From the NCBI GenBank assembly GCA_963845085.1, contig CAWJQI010000004.1, forward strand, positions 64,001-128,000: a stretch of DNA of 64,000 nt. The letters run 5' to 3'. This stretch comes from Candidatus Fermentibacterota bacterium (GTDB taxonomy: Bacteria; Fermentibacterota; Fermentibacteria; Fermentibacterales; JCC-6). This document shows positions 41,215 to 50,738 of the stretch, in pieces. Each line of letters begins with the position of its first letter. The first letter of the stretch is position 1. Under the pieces are notes generated by a model that was given only the letters and a program-made list of their open reading frames with translations, had not been told where the DNA came from and ran no database searches. The translations under genes were made by a program, and so were the position numbers.

Positions 41215-43389
41215 TCACTCCCGAGTGACAACCAGGCAGCGCCCCGTGGTTACGGAATTCCCGGTCTCGAGCCTGAGAAGGTAAACACCAGGCGGAAGGC
41301 TGGTTGCATCCACAACGGCGCTGTTGCTGCCGGCGGGAAGTTCCCGGTCAACAAGAACTTTCACAAGCCTTCCGGTCAGATCAAACAGTGAAAGCCTGAC
41401 GGGACAGGGTGCGGAAAGGGTGAAGTCGACTCTGGAAGCATCGGTCACCGGGTTTGGAAACACAGTAAGACCGGCCGTGGAAGGAACCGGGGAGAACTCG
41501 GGACCGGCTGTCCCGGTAAGCGGATCGCGGAACGAGAGAATCCGCCCGTGTTGCCCACCACCCCATCCGAAGTCGATGTTCTGGAGGGACAGCCTTTGTA
41601 CGACAGTCGCCCGGCGATCTGAGAGAGAGGAGAAACTGCTGCCGCCGTTTATAGTTTCCAGAACGCCTCCGGAGACCCGGGAGACGTAACCGTGGTTGGC
41701 ATCGGCGAACCAGACGTCCTGCAGGTTGACTCCGCTACTATAGATCTTGTACCAGTTGTTTCCGCCGTTGTAGGTGCGAATCACATGGCCGCCCATGCCC
41801 ACGGCCCAGCCGGTGTTTGCATCCAGGGCGAATACGCCGAGGAGTTCCATGGTGGTATTGCTGTACTGAACGGACCACGAGTCGCTGGAAAAATCGAACC
41901 TCACCACAGTGCCCCCTGCTCCCACCGCCCAGCCATGGTCCGTGCCTGCAAAAGCCACCCTGTTCAAGGTGCTGGTCCCGGTGCCGGAGGGGCTCACCCA
42001 GGAACTCCCCCCGTCGTGGGTGCAGTAGACGGTTCCCTGATTGCCCACCACCACCCCGTTCAAGGCGTTCTGGAAGTCTACGGAGCGCATGGCATACACA
42101 GCCATGCCGGCAGGGGTTACCACTGTCCAGGTGGAGCCGCCGTTCACGGTTTTCAGGACGATTCCCTTGCTCGATGTGTCGGTTCCACATGCGAAACCCA
42201 CCTGAGAGTCAACAAAGTCGATGCCGAAGAGCTGGCTGACGACCCCGGGAGTGGTCTGCCTGGACCAGTCAAGACCGCCGTTGGCGGAATGGAGGATATC
42301 CCCGAATTCCGTGCACGCCCATACATGGGAATCACCAATGCTGCTCAATCCGGTAACGGTTTCACCGGAAAGATTTGTGGATGCCTGGGTCCATCCCCCC
42401 GGGTTGTCACGCCTGAACAGAAAGCCGTGGAGTCCGCCCGCAAACGCCCTGGCCAGGCTGGGAATGGATACGCAGTTCAGGGTTATGGCTGATGTCCCGG
42501 AAACGACTGAAGGTGTCTCCTCGAAGACCCAGTTCTGTCCGCCGTCAACGGTCACAAGCGCGCCGTTGTCACCCGGAAGGCCATCGCACGGAGCAATTCC
42601 GAAAGAAAGGCCGCAAAACTCGATGTCGTTCGCGTGATGGTTCGCGGTATACTGAAGAGACCAGGATGAACCGCCGTTCGATGTGGCCTGGATCTGCGTT
42701 GGACCGCTGCTGCTCCCGAAAACGACCCATCCCGTCTGGTCGTTTTCGAACCAGATGGCCCGTGATGTGTTTGATGATCCCGGAACAAAGATACTCTGCC
42801 AGAATGCGCCTGATGACTCGGTGAAAAGCACATTCTGGCTTGGCCCGGAAATCCATCCGATCACAGCATCAAGGAAGACTACGCCGGTAAGGGTTGCGGT
42901 AACACCGCCTGACTGAGAATTCCAGGTACTCCCGCCGTTGTTGGTTCTGCGTATTACTCCAGAGTTTCCGACCACTGTGCCATAGGAGGTGTCTGTGAAC
43001 TGCACCGCATAGAGGTTCTGGCTGGTCCCGGAGGACTGGGTGGACCAGTTCTGGCCGCCGTTGCTCGTTCGGTAGATGACACCGTTGTACCCGCAGACCC
43101 ATCCGTTCTCGGCGTCGACGAAACAAACATCAGTGAGTTCCTGCCCGGAAGTATACTGACGTGTCCAGGTAGCGCCGCCGTCGTCTGTTCGAAAAACCTC
43201 ACCGAATTGCCAGGTCGGGTCTTCCGAGCAACCCGATACAAACCACCCGATGTCATCGGTCACGAAATGAACGCCCTCAACGCTGATGCCCGTGGGGCGG
43301 GGATGGCTCCAGTCCCACACCGGCTCGGCGCTGAATGCGCCAATGGGACTGATGACAAGAAGAAGAAGCAGAGACCTATGAAGTTTCAT
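41215..43389 (-). CDS. Secreted YCF48/BNR-repeat beta-propeller protein with T9SS-type CTD
   Basis: Many T.DGG.TW / F.D...GW..G..G repeats; VFPNP..LFDLTGRLV..LPPGVYLLRL. Confidence 0.88.
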   Translation of the reverse strand: MKLHRSLLLLLVISPIGAFSAEPVWDWSHPRPTGISVEGVHFVTDDIGWFVSGCSEDPTWQFGEVFRTDDGGATWTRQYTSGQELTDVCFVDAENGWVCGYNGVIYRTSNGGQNWSTQSSGTSQNLYAVQFTDTSYGTVVGNSGVIRRTNNGGSTWNSQSGGVTATLTGVVFLDAVIGWISGPSQNVLFTESSGAFWQSIFVPGSSNTSRAIWFENDQTGWVVFGSSSGPTQIQATSNGGSSWSLQYTANHHANDIEFCGLSFGIAPCDGLPGDNGALVTVDGGQNWVFEETPSVVSGTSAITLNCVSIPSLARAFAGGLHGFLFRRDNPGGWTQASTNLSGETVTGLSSIGDSHVWACTEFGDILHSANGGLDWSRQTTPGVVSQLFGIDFVDSQVGFACGTDTSSKGIVLKTVNGGSTWTVVTPAGMAVYAMRSVDFQNALNGVVVGNQGTVYCTHDGGSSWVSPSGTGTSTLNRVAFAGTDHGWAVGAGGTVVRFDFSSDSWSVQYSNTTMELLGVFALDANTGWAVGMGGHVIRTYNGGNNWYKIYSSGVNLQDVWFADANHGYVSRVSGGVLETINGGSSFSSLSDRRATVVQRLSLQNIDFGWGGGQHGRILSFRDPLTGTAGPEFSPVPSTAGLTVFPNPVTDASRVDFTLSAPCPVRLSLFDLTGRLVKVLVDRELPAGSNSAVVDATSLPPGVYLLRLETGNSVTTGRCLVVTRE

Positions 43390-43623
43390 ACACCTGCCTC
43401 CAAAGTCTTATGTATTCCGTATTATTCTGTCTGCTTACATATCCGTGTTCGCGCCCACCGTCAAGATGCGGTAAACACTATCGAGAGGGCATTCATGGCG
43501 CGCACCCGAATTGTGAGACACGCACCGCCGGTCTTGAATTGAAGAACCTGATCCCGACGCAAGGCATCATTTTAACAGAGAAGGTGTCCCCTTTCAGCTC
43601 GGCCAAAAGACAGGGATTGTCTC

Positions 43624-43652
43624 TGGTGTCGCGTGTTGGAAGGAATTCGACT
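43624..43652. repeat. Most degenerate copy of the tRNA-3'-end-like (att-like) site
   Basis: TGGTGTCGCGTGTTGGAAGGAATTCGACT; 19/29 ungapped matches by eye to the 46647/48043 copies. Confidence 0.45.
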
Positions 43653-43779
43653 GAGAGCATCCACAGAGAAACAGGATTTCTGTACAGGGTTCACAAGTGA
43701 AGCTCTTGCTTTTGCGAAAAGTATAACTTACAATATCACTGTTACAGTACAGTATAGTTTACGTAAAGGATACTGAGCG

Positions 43780-44109
43780 ATGACTCGAACCCTTGATCTC
43801 AAAAGGCCGATACCCGTCCAAAGGGCCATCCGAAAGCTCGGACAGGACATCAGGGATGCCAGACGACGGAGAAGGCTTTCCACGGCACTTGTCGCCGAGA
43901 GGGCGGGTATCAGCAGAGTAACGCTGTCAAAGCTGGAAAAGGGCGATCCCGGAGTCTCCATAGGAATCATCGGTTCTGTCCTGATGGCACTCGATCTTCT
44001 TGACAGGTTAAACGATCTCGCTGATCCCCGGTACGATCTTCTGGGAAGAATGCTTGAAGAGGAACAGCTTCCGCAGAGAATTCGTGAAAGAGCAGTTAAG
44101 AAGGGGTGA
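43780..44109 (+). CDS. XRE-family HTH antitoxin (HipB-like)
   Basis: LGQDIRDARRRRRLS...VAERAGISRVTLSKLEKGDP; directly upstream of HipA. Confidence 0.88.
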   Translation: MTRTLDLKRPIPVQRAIRKLGQDIRDARRRRRLSTALVAERAGISRVTLSKLEKGDPGVSIGIIGSVLMALDLLDRLNDLADPRYDLLGRMLEEEQLPQRIRERAVKKG

Positions 44110-44110
44110 G

Positions 44111-45358
44111 ATGAACCCGGTGTTCGTCTACATCGATCTGGAAGGCAGGGCCGTACAAGTGGGCCGCATGTGGATCCATGCCCGGGGACGGAGAGAGAGC
44201 GCAACATTTGAGTACTCCGGTTCCTGGCTTGCATCCCCGGCCTGTTTCGCCCTTGAACCAGCCTTGTCAGTTGAGGAAGGATCACACAACACAAGAGAGG
44301 GGCTTCCGGTCTTCGGGGCAATCGGAGATTCCGCGCCTGACAGATGGGGTCGGGCTCTGATACGCCGGGCCACTCTGAGGGCGGACAGGGAGAAAGGCGC
44401 GACTCCCCGGACACTTAGGGAGATCGACTTCCTGCTCGGGGTGAACGATGAAGCCCGAACGGGTGCTTTGAGGTTCTCGTTTACGGAAGGTGGCCCGTTC
44501 CTGGCGCTGGGTACCGGCGCAAGCATCCCGCCAATTGTTGAACTGCCAAAACTGCTTGCAGCGTCAGACAGCCTGTTGCGTGAAGAGGAGTCGGGTGAAG
44601 AGCTCAGGCTCCTTCTCGCACCGGGCTCATCCCTGGGGGGAGCACAGCCGAAAGCATCCGTTAAAAAGGACTCTCAGCTCTTCATCGCAAAGTTTCCCAG
44701 TTCTGTTGACAGCTACAACAGAATTGTCTGGGAAGCGGTTGCCCTTGATCTTGCAGAGAGGTCGGGAATCACGGTTCCTGAAAGATGGCTTCAGCAGATC
44801 GACGGCAGGCAGGTCTTGATCCTGAAGAGGTTTGACAGAAAAGGAAATATCCGGATCCCATTCCTGTCAGGCATGAGCATGATCTCAGCAAGGGACAATG
44901 AAACGCACAGCTACCTCGAACTTGCAGACCGGATCAAAGCGCACGGAGCATTTCCCGACCGGGACCTTCACGAACTGTGGAAAAGGATCGTTTACACGGT
45001 TCTGGTATCAAATGTGGACGACCATATGAGAAATCATGGATTCCTTCTCCACAACCGAAGTGGCTGGGTTTTGTCCCCGGCATTCGACCTGAACCCTACG
45101 CCAGTGGACATTGCCCCCAGGATACTGACTTCAGCGATCGACATCGATGATCAGACTGCATCCATTGATCTGACCCTTGATGTAGCGCCATACTTCAATG
45201 TCAGTGCTGAGGACGGAAGAAGGTGCATCAGGAGCATCGCACAGGCTGTCTCAAAATGGAGGAGGGTTGCATCCAGCTACGGGATTTCCCGCTCCGAGAT
45301 CGAAAGGATGTCTTCCGCCTTCGAACATGAAGATCTGCACAGAGCAACAAGCATGTAG
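44111..45358 (+). CDS. hipA: HipA-family kinase toxin
   Basis: DSAPDRWGR, SLGGAQPKAS, IAKFP, RFDR, NVDDHMRNHGFL, LSPAFDLNP. Confidence 0.95.
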   Translation: MNPVFVYIDLEGRAVQVGRMWIHARGRRESATFEYSGSWLASPACFALEPALSVEEGSHNTREGLPVFGAIGDSAPDRWGRALIRRATLRADREKGATPRTLREIDFLLGVNDEARTGALRFSFTEGGPFLALGTGASIPPIVELPKLLAASDSLLREEESGEELRLLLAPGSSLGGAQPKASVKKDSQLFIAKFPSSVDSYNRIVWEAVALDLAERSGITVPERWLQQIDGRQVLILKRFDRKGNIRIPFLSGMSMISARDNETHSYLELADRIKAHGAFPDRDLHELWKRIVYTVLVSNVDDHMRNHGFLLHNRSGWVLSPAFDLNPTPVDIAPRILTSAIDIDDQTASIDLTLDVAPYFNVSAEDGRRCIRSIAQAVSKWRRVASSYGISRSEIERMSSAFEHEDLHRATSM

Positions 45359-45388
45359 GAAAGTTCCTTTGTTGTTGCATAGAAGAAA

Positions 45389-45414
45389 GGCCGCCGGTTC
45401 AGTTTCCGGCGGCC
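45389..45414. terminator. Hairpin terminator, copy 1 (repeated at 46610)
   Basis: GGCCGCCGG-TTCAGTTT-CCGGCGGCC, followed by TTT on the minus strand. Confidence 0.75.
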
Positions 45415-45424
45415 AAAACTCTTC

Positions 45425-45452
45425 TGTTGCCCCGTGGTGGACCATATTGAAC
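45425..45452. repeat. tRNA-3'-end-like (att-like) site, diverged copy
   Basis: TGTTGCCCCGTGGTGGACCATATTGAAC. Confidence 0.75.
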
Positions 45453-45476
45453 ATCAGCAAGCCTGTGGGATGTTTC

Positions 45477-45896
45477 CTAACCGGCTGGCAGAGCCCCCAC
45501 AGCTGTCATCACTTTTCCCGCTGCCACGATCAGGTCGTTCAGAAGCTGCCGGTCAATCTCCAGGAAGCCTTCATATTCAGCTGAATTCCTCCGCCTGTGA
45601 CACTCGGCAAGGGTTCTCCAGACCTCAGGCCCAAGGTTCAGGGTGAGTGGGATCACCTGAAAAACCACATACCTGTTCTCCGGACGGAAGCCATGCCAAC
45701 GAAGCGCCGCAAGTGCAAGAGAAAACGCTCCATTGTAAGCCAGATCGAATCGACTCTCGAAAGCCAGGGATTCGTTGCCGGCGTCGGTGAGCCTTTTCCT
45801 GCCCGAACCCACCAGACCTTCGTATTCAGCCTGGATCACCGGCTCATGCTTCAGGCTTCCGGTGCGCACCAGGTTATCGAGCTGTTTCGATTTCAT
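45477..45896 (-). CDS. HEPN-like protein (putative toxin partner of MNT)
   Basis: RFDLAYNGAFSLALAAL..HGFRP, HRRRNSAEYEG; overlaps the MNT stop. Confidence 0.75.
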   Translation of the reverse strand: MKSKQLDNLVRTGSLKHEPVIQAEYEGLVGSGRKRLTDAGNESLAFESRFDLAYNGAFSLALAALRWHGFRPENRYVVFQVIPLTLNLGPEVWRTLAECHRRRNSAEYEGFLEIDRQLLNDLIVAAGKVMTAVGALPAG

Positions 45897-46524
45897 CAAG
45901 AGATCCCAGAAGTGTGAGTTTCTCGAGTGACATGACCCTTGCAACGAATGAATCGCGACTCTGAAGGCGTCTTCCAAACTCATCACTGTTCAACAGGTTA
46001 ACGCTCACTGTCCTCCCGATGGCCTGTTCCACCGGAAGCAGTGCGGCAAGCACTTCGGGATAGGCCAGTTCATCGCCGATGATCATCAGGTCAACATCAC
46101 TCGCCGAAGTGTCATCACCTCTCGCTGTTGAGCCGTATATGAAAGCGTACTTGATCCTGTGAGCAAAAGGTTCAAGTGCATCCCTCAGAGGCTGCGAAAG
46201 ACCGACGGTTTTCATTATGAGACCATGAAGCTCCCCGAAAATGGGTGATCCCCTGTTGGCGCTGTAAATCTTCTGGCGTCCGAGCGGCGCAACAGAAACA
46301 ATGCCGCTCGAAACAAGACGGGTCAGTTCCCGATGCACCGCACCTACCCCGGAACTCGCCAGTCGTATCAGCTCCGCCCCCTGAAAACCCCTTTCGGGCT
46401 GACCGAACAGAAGGGCGAGTACCCTCAGCTGTACTCTGGAAAAGAGTCCCTCGGCCAATCCGAGTGAAGGCAGTTCGTTGTGTCTTCGGACAGGCTGGCT
46501 GCTCTCGGTCTTCAATACTTCCAT
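45874..46524 (-). CDS. wHTH + minimal nucleotidyltransferase (MNT) antitoxin
   Basis: LFSRVQLRVLALLF..ELIRL..GAVHRELTRL; FIYGSTARG...SDVDLMIIG. Confidence 0.88.
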   Translation of the reverse strand: MEVLKTESSQPVRRHNELPSLGLAEGLFSRVQLRVLALLFGQPERGFQGAELIRLASSGVGAVHRELTRLVSSGIVSVAPLGRQKIYSANRGSPIFGELHGLIMKTVGLSQPLRDALEPFAHRIKYAFIYGSTARGDDTSASDVDLMIIGDELAYPEVLAALLPVEQAIGRTVSVNLLNSDEFGRRLQSRDSFVARVMSLEKLTLLGSLDEIETAR

Positions 46525-46535
46525 ACAGTTGTCTC

Positions 46536-46578
46536 TTCCCATATTGGGAATATTTCTTCCCATTTTGGGAATTGTCAA
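46536..46578 (-). promoter_or_regulatory. Tandem palindromic operators at the MNT-HEPN promoter
   Basis: TTCCCATATTGGGAA (46536-46550) and TTCCCATTTTGGGAA (46557-46571), 21-bp period, next to minus-strand TTGACA at 46578-46573. Confidence 0.75.
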
Positions 46579-46609
46579 TAGGGCACTCACAAGACCGGCA
46601 ATGACAAAA

Positions 46610-46635
46610 GGCCGCCGGTTCAGTTTCCGGCGGCC
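46610..46635. terminator. Hairpin terminator, copy 2
   Basis: Identical to 45389-45414. Confidence 0.75.
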
Positions 46636-46646
46636 AATACTCGTTC

Positions 46647-46719
46647 TGGTGCCCCCTGGTGGACCTAATTTGAACAGGCTTCAGGTACGAGATTGCCCTA
46701 TGAAGAAAGGGCCGCTGCC
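46647..46719. repeat. att-like site (46647-46675) plus flank, identical to 48043-48115
   Basis: TGGTGCCCCCTGGTGGACCTAATTTGAACAGGCTTCAGGTACGAGATTGCCCTATGAAGAAAGGGCCGCTGCC. Confidence 0.9.
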
Positions 46720-46751
46720 CATGCAACGGCCCTGCCCTCTATGGTAACCGA

Positions 46752-47961
46752 CTACCTGACCAGCACCACCTTCGCGGTCGTGCAAGTCTGAACCGCTGGT
46801 CATACGAACTAGGTACACCCCCGGAGGGAGTTCCGACCCATCAAAGGCTGCAGTGTGGTTCCCGGCTGGAAGGGGCTGGTTCAGCAGGGTGCTCACATGC
46901 CTTCCTGCCAGGTCGAATACATCCAGTTGAACGGGACCCGGAGCAGGAAGGGCAATGGATATGTTGGTGGTGGCCCGGAAGGGATTGGGGGCAATGGAGC
47001 GGATCTGGATGAAACCCCCGGTGAGTCCTGCGTCTTCGATCCCGGTGCTGATTTCACGGAGCGCGAGGCTATGGTACTCTCCCCCCGCCACCGCCACGAA
47101 ACCCTCGTTGGGCTCGGGTACATCACACTGGCCGTAGCAGTTCCAGCCCCACGCCACGATGGAGCCGTCTTCCTTCAATCCAAGGCTTTGCCCCCCACCT
47201 GCTGCAACCCCAACAAAGCCTTCATTAGGTTCAGGAACATCGCACTGGCCCCAATAATTGTTGACTCCCCACGCCACGATGGAGCCGTCTTCCTTCAGAC
47301 CGAGGCTGTGAGCTCCTCCAGCCGCCATCGCGACGAAATAGCTGTTCGGAGGGGGAACACCGCATTGACCATAGGTGTTTCACCCCACGCCACGATGGAG
47401 CCGTCTTCCTTCAACCCGAGGCTGTGATAGCCCCCCCCGCAACCGCCACGAAACCCTCGTTCGGTTCAGGAACATCGCACTGGCGGTAATGGGCCACTTT
47501 CCTGTTGTCCTGCTCCCCACGCCACAATGGAGCCGTTTTCCTTCAGACCGAGGCTGTGATACAATCCTGCCGCAACCGCCATGTAACGCTTGCCAGGAGG
47601 AACCGCACTGGCCGTAGTCGTTCAGTCCCCACGCCACGATGGACCCGTTTTCCTTCAGACCGAGGCTGTGATGGTTTCCCGCGGCAACCGCCACGAAATC
47701 GCTGTTAGGTGAAGGAACATTGCACTGGCCATCCCCGTTGGCTCCCCACGCCACAATGGAGCCGTCTTCCTTCAGACCGAGGCTGTGATAAAATCCTGCC
47801 GCAACCGCCACGAAACCGTTGTTCGGGGGCGGAACATCGCACTGGCCGTGGTAATTGTATCCCCACCCCTCGATCTCCCCATTCCACTGTGCCAGCCCGG
47901 TTCCAGAAACAACAAGCAGAAGCAGCATTGAGAGCAACACCGAACCTGGGACGGTTTTCAT
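46752..47961 (-). pseudogene. RCC1-repeat secreted protein with T9SS-type CTD, copy b (several frameshifts, one shortened repeat)
   Basis: MKTVPGSVLLSMLLLLVVSGTGLAQWN..; HSLGLKEDGSIVAWG repeats scattered over frames; true end ..AKVVLVR* out of frame near 46785. Confidence 0.75.
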
Positions 47962-48042
47962 AGTATCCCTCCTGCAGACAGAATCTCTATTGGAGAGATA
48001 AATAGATTGTCTTGCCGGGTCAAGCATTGGTCGATAGGTTGT

Positions 48043-48115
48043 TGGTGCCCCCTGGTGGACCTAATTTGAACAGGCTTCAGGTACGAGATTGCCCTATGAA
48101 GAAAGGGCCGCTGCC
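48043..48115. repeat. att-like site (48043-48071) plus flank
   Basis: Identical to 46647-46719; resembles the reverse complement of the tRNA-Arg(CCT) 3' end TGGTGCCCCTGACATGACTTGAAC. Confidence 0.9.
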
Positions 48116-48147
48116 GAAGCAGCGGCCCTGCACTCGTTGGCAAACGA

Positions 48148-49362
48148 CTACCTGACCAGCACCACCCTTGCCGTGGCGAATTCCGAACCGCTGGCGAGGC
48201 GAACCAGATACACCCCTCCGGGCATGGGTTCCCCTCGAAGCCCCGTACCGTTCCAGATCAAGGTTTGCTGCCCAGGAGAGACAGCGGTTACTTCCTGCTG
48301 GTGAACCCGACGGCCTGAGAGGTCGAAGATTTCCAATGTGACGGAAGCAAGACCCGGAGAAGTGAATTGCAGTGTAGCATGGGACTCGAATGGGTTGGGA
48401 TAGATGGAATTGATCCCCAGGGTTGTGGGGTCTATACCTACGTGTTCTAAGTGTTCAATGGAAGTGAGTTCCTTCAGGCCGAGGCTGTGACCGTATCCCC
48501 CCGCAACCGCCATGAAACCCTCGTTCGGTTCAGGTACATCGCACTGGCCGAACTGATTGCTACCCCACGCCACGATGGAGCCGTCCTCCTTCAGCCCGAG
48601 GCTGAAAAGGCTTCCCGATGCAACCGCCACGAAACCGCTGTTCGGGTAGGGAACAGTGCACTGGCCGTAGTCGTTCAACCCCCACGCCACAATGGAGCCG
48701 TCTTCCCTCAGACCGAGGCTGTGTACGTATCCCCCCGCAACCGCCACGAAATCGCTGTTCGGGGAGGGAACATTGCACTGGCCGCACTGATTGTTACCCC
48801 ACGCCACGATGGAGCCGTCTTCCTTCAGACCTAGGCTGTGGTAAAACCCCCCCGCAACCGCCACGAAACCGTTGTTCGGGGAAGGAACACTGCACTGACC
48901 TTCATCGTTCCACCCCCACGCCACGATGTAGCCGTCTTCTTTCAGACCTAGGCTGTGATACTGTCCCCCCGCAACCGCCACGAAAGGACTGGAGTCAGGA
49001 ACATCGCACTGGCCGTAGTCGTTCCAGCCCCACGCCACGATGGAACCGTCTTCCTTCAGACCGAGGCTGTGATCGCCTCCCGTTGCAACCGCCACGAAAC
49101 CGCTGTTCGGGGAAGGAACATCGCACTGGCCGAACTGATTGCTACCCCACGCCACGATGGAGCCGTCCTCCTTCAACCCGAGGCTGTGAGCGTCCCCCGC
49201 CGCAATCGCCACGAAATTCTCGTTGGGAGACGGAACATCGCACTGGCCGTCGTAGTTCCAGCCCCACGCCACGATCTCCCAGTTCCACTGTGCGAGCCCG
49301 GTTCCAGAAATGACAAGTAGAAGCAGCATTGAGAGCGATACCGAACTTAGGATGGTTTTCAT
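48148..49362 (-). CDS. RCC1/BLIP-II-like 7-repeat beta-propeller protein with signal peptide and T9SS-type CTD, copy a
   Basis: Seven ~39-aa repeats FVAVAGG..HSLGLKEDGSIVAWG.N..GQC.VP.PN; IYPNPF..IFDLSGRRV..GGVYLVRL..ARVVLVR. Confidence 0.9.
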   Translation of the reverse strand: MKTILSSVSLSMLLLLVISGTGLAQWNWEIVAWGWNYDGQCDVPSPNENFVAIAAGDAHSLGLKEDGSIVAWGSNQFGQCDVPSPNSGFVAVATGGDHSLGLKEDGSIVAWGWNDYGQCDVPDSSPFVAVAGGQYHSLGLKEDGYIVAWGWNDEGQCSVPSPNNGFVAVAGGFYHSLGLKEDGSIVAWGNNQCGQCNVPSPNSDFVAVAGGYVHSLGLREDGSIVAWGLNDYGQCTVPYPNSGFVAVASGSLFSLGLKEDGSIVAWGSNQFGQCDVPEPNEGFMAVAGGYGHSLGLKELTSIEHLEHVGIDPTTLGINSIYPNPFESHATLQFTSPGLASVTLEIFDLSGRRVHQQEVTAVSPGQQTLIWNGTGLRGEPMPGGVYLVRLASGSEFATARVVLVR

Positions 49363-49442
49363 AGTATCCCTCCTGTTTGAATTTTTCTATTGGAGAGATA
49401 AACAGATTGTCTTGCCGGGTCAAGCATTGATCGATAGGTTGT

Positions 49443-49519
<77 letters not shown>

Positions 49520-49676
49520 ACCGAGAGGTGCAATTATGACATAACGGTGCCTTTTCGTCAAACGGGCTGGCACGTTGCCCAGGAAAGCCATTGGGTTGTC
49601 TTGTCTGTGGAACAGCTTAAGACGGCGATGCGGTCTTCACTGCCAGGTGGCATTGGGGTAATCCTGCGGGGTCTGC

Positions 49677-50738
49677 TTACTCAGCCAGCTCAGCAGCCAT
49701 GCCGTCGGCCCAGAGCATTCCCTCCGGCGTGGGAACAACCATTGTCCCTCGCCGTTCAAGCCATCCGTATCCTGCAAACTTGTCCACGACAGGCGGGGGA
49801 AGGACCGATGCCCGTGTTCCCTTCAGGGTTCTCAGGCCAAGCATTATCTCCTCCCGAAGGGCATCCGCAGCTGTGATGAACTCCCGTCCATCCCTTGGAA
49901 GCACACCCTTTTCGATTAGCTGTAGATAGCGACCGGTATCGGGCGTGTTCCAGTACCTTTCCGTTCCGGTGAAGCCGTGGGCGGAAGGGCCTGCACCGAT
50001 GTATGGTCTTCTCTCCCAGTAGGACTGGTTGTGCTTCGACTCCCATCCAGGAAGGGCGTAATTCGACACCTCGTAGTGGGTGTAGCCGGCTTCGGTCAGT
50101 CTTGCATGGGCCATCATGAACATTGCCGCCCCCTGTGAGTCGGATGCCTTTCGCCCGGCGTCACCCATCGGTGTGCCCTTCTCCAGGGTTAGCTCGTAGC
50201 AGCTGATGTGCTTCGGAGACAGGGAAAGCGCGGTATCCAGGTCTCCCGCCCAGAGTCTTCGGGTCTGCCCGGGCAGCCCGTAGATAAGGTCGATGGAAAT
50301 GTTCTCAAAACCACCCGTCCGTGCCAGGGCCACTGCATCCAGAGCCTGTCCGGAGGTGTGGACCCTGCCGAGCCGTCTGAGATTCCCGTCGGAGAATGAC
50401 TGTGCTCCGATGCTGATACGGTCGAAACCGGCCTGCCTCAGTTCCCTGTATCCCTCCAGAGTCAGGACGGCGGGATTGGTCTCGATCGTCGCCTCGGTGC
50501 AACGGGAAAGATCGAGCCCTGCCAGCAGGGTCTGCCAGAAAGCACCCCCCATGAGCGTCGGGGTCCCTCCTCCGGCGTGGACGGTCGCCGGCTTGTTCGG
50601 AGCGGCAAGCACAAGCTCACGGAGAAGGCCGGCGGCGAACTCCGGAGGGGGCGGTTCCGGCCTGCTTGCAAATGCACAGTAGGGGCACTTTGAGAGACAG
50701 TAGGGAATGTGGATGTAGAGGCCTAATCCCTCTTCCAC
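49677..50738 (-). CDS. hemW: Radical SAM heme chaperone HemW (HemN-like)
   Basis: LYIHIPYCLSKCPYCAF, GGGTPT, RISIGAQSF, DLIYGLPGQ, HYEVSNYA, HNQSYW. Confidence 0.92.
   Translation of the reverse strand: MEEGLGLYIHIPYCLSKCPYCAFASRPEPPPPEFAAGLLRELVLAAPNKPATVHAGGGTPTLMGGAFWQTLLAGLDLSRCTEATIETNPAVLTLEGYRELRQAGFDRISIGAQSFSDGNLRRLGRVHTSGQALDAVALARTGGFENISIDLIYGLPGQTRRLWAGDLDTALSLSPKHISCYELTLEKGTPMGDAGRKASDSQGAAMFMMAHARLTEAGYTHYEVSNYALPGWESKHNQSYWERRPYIGAGPSAHGFTGTERYWNTPDTGRYLQLIEKGVLPRDGREFITAADALREEIMLGLRTLKGTRASVLPPPVVDKFAGYGWLERRGTMVVPTPEGMLWADGMAAELAE

Noticed and set aside
46752..49362. 117-bp repeats as a CRISPR array or DGR template/variable pair
   Set aside because: They are in-frame RCC1 coding repeats with no repeat-spacer structure; the differences are not adenine-specific; no cas or reverse transcriptase gene in the window.
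37941..49442. Prophage or IS element
   Set aside because: No phage structural, replication, integrase or transposase genes.
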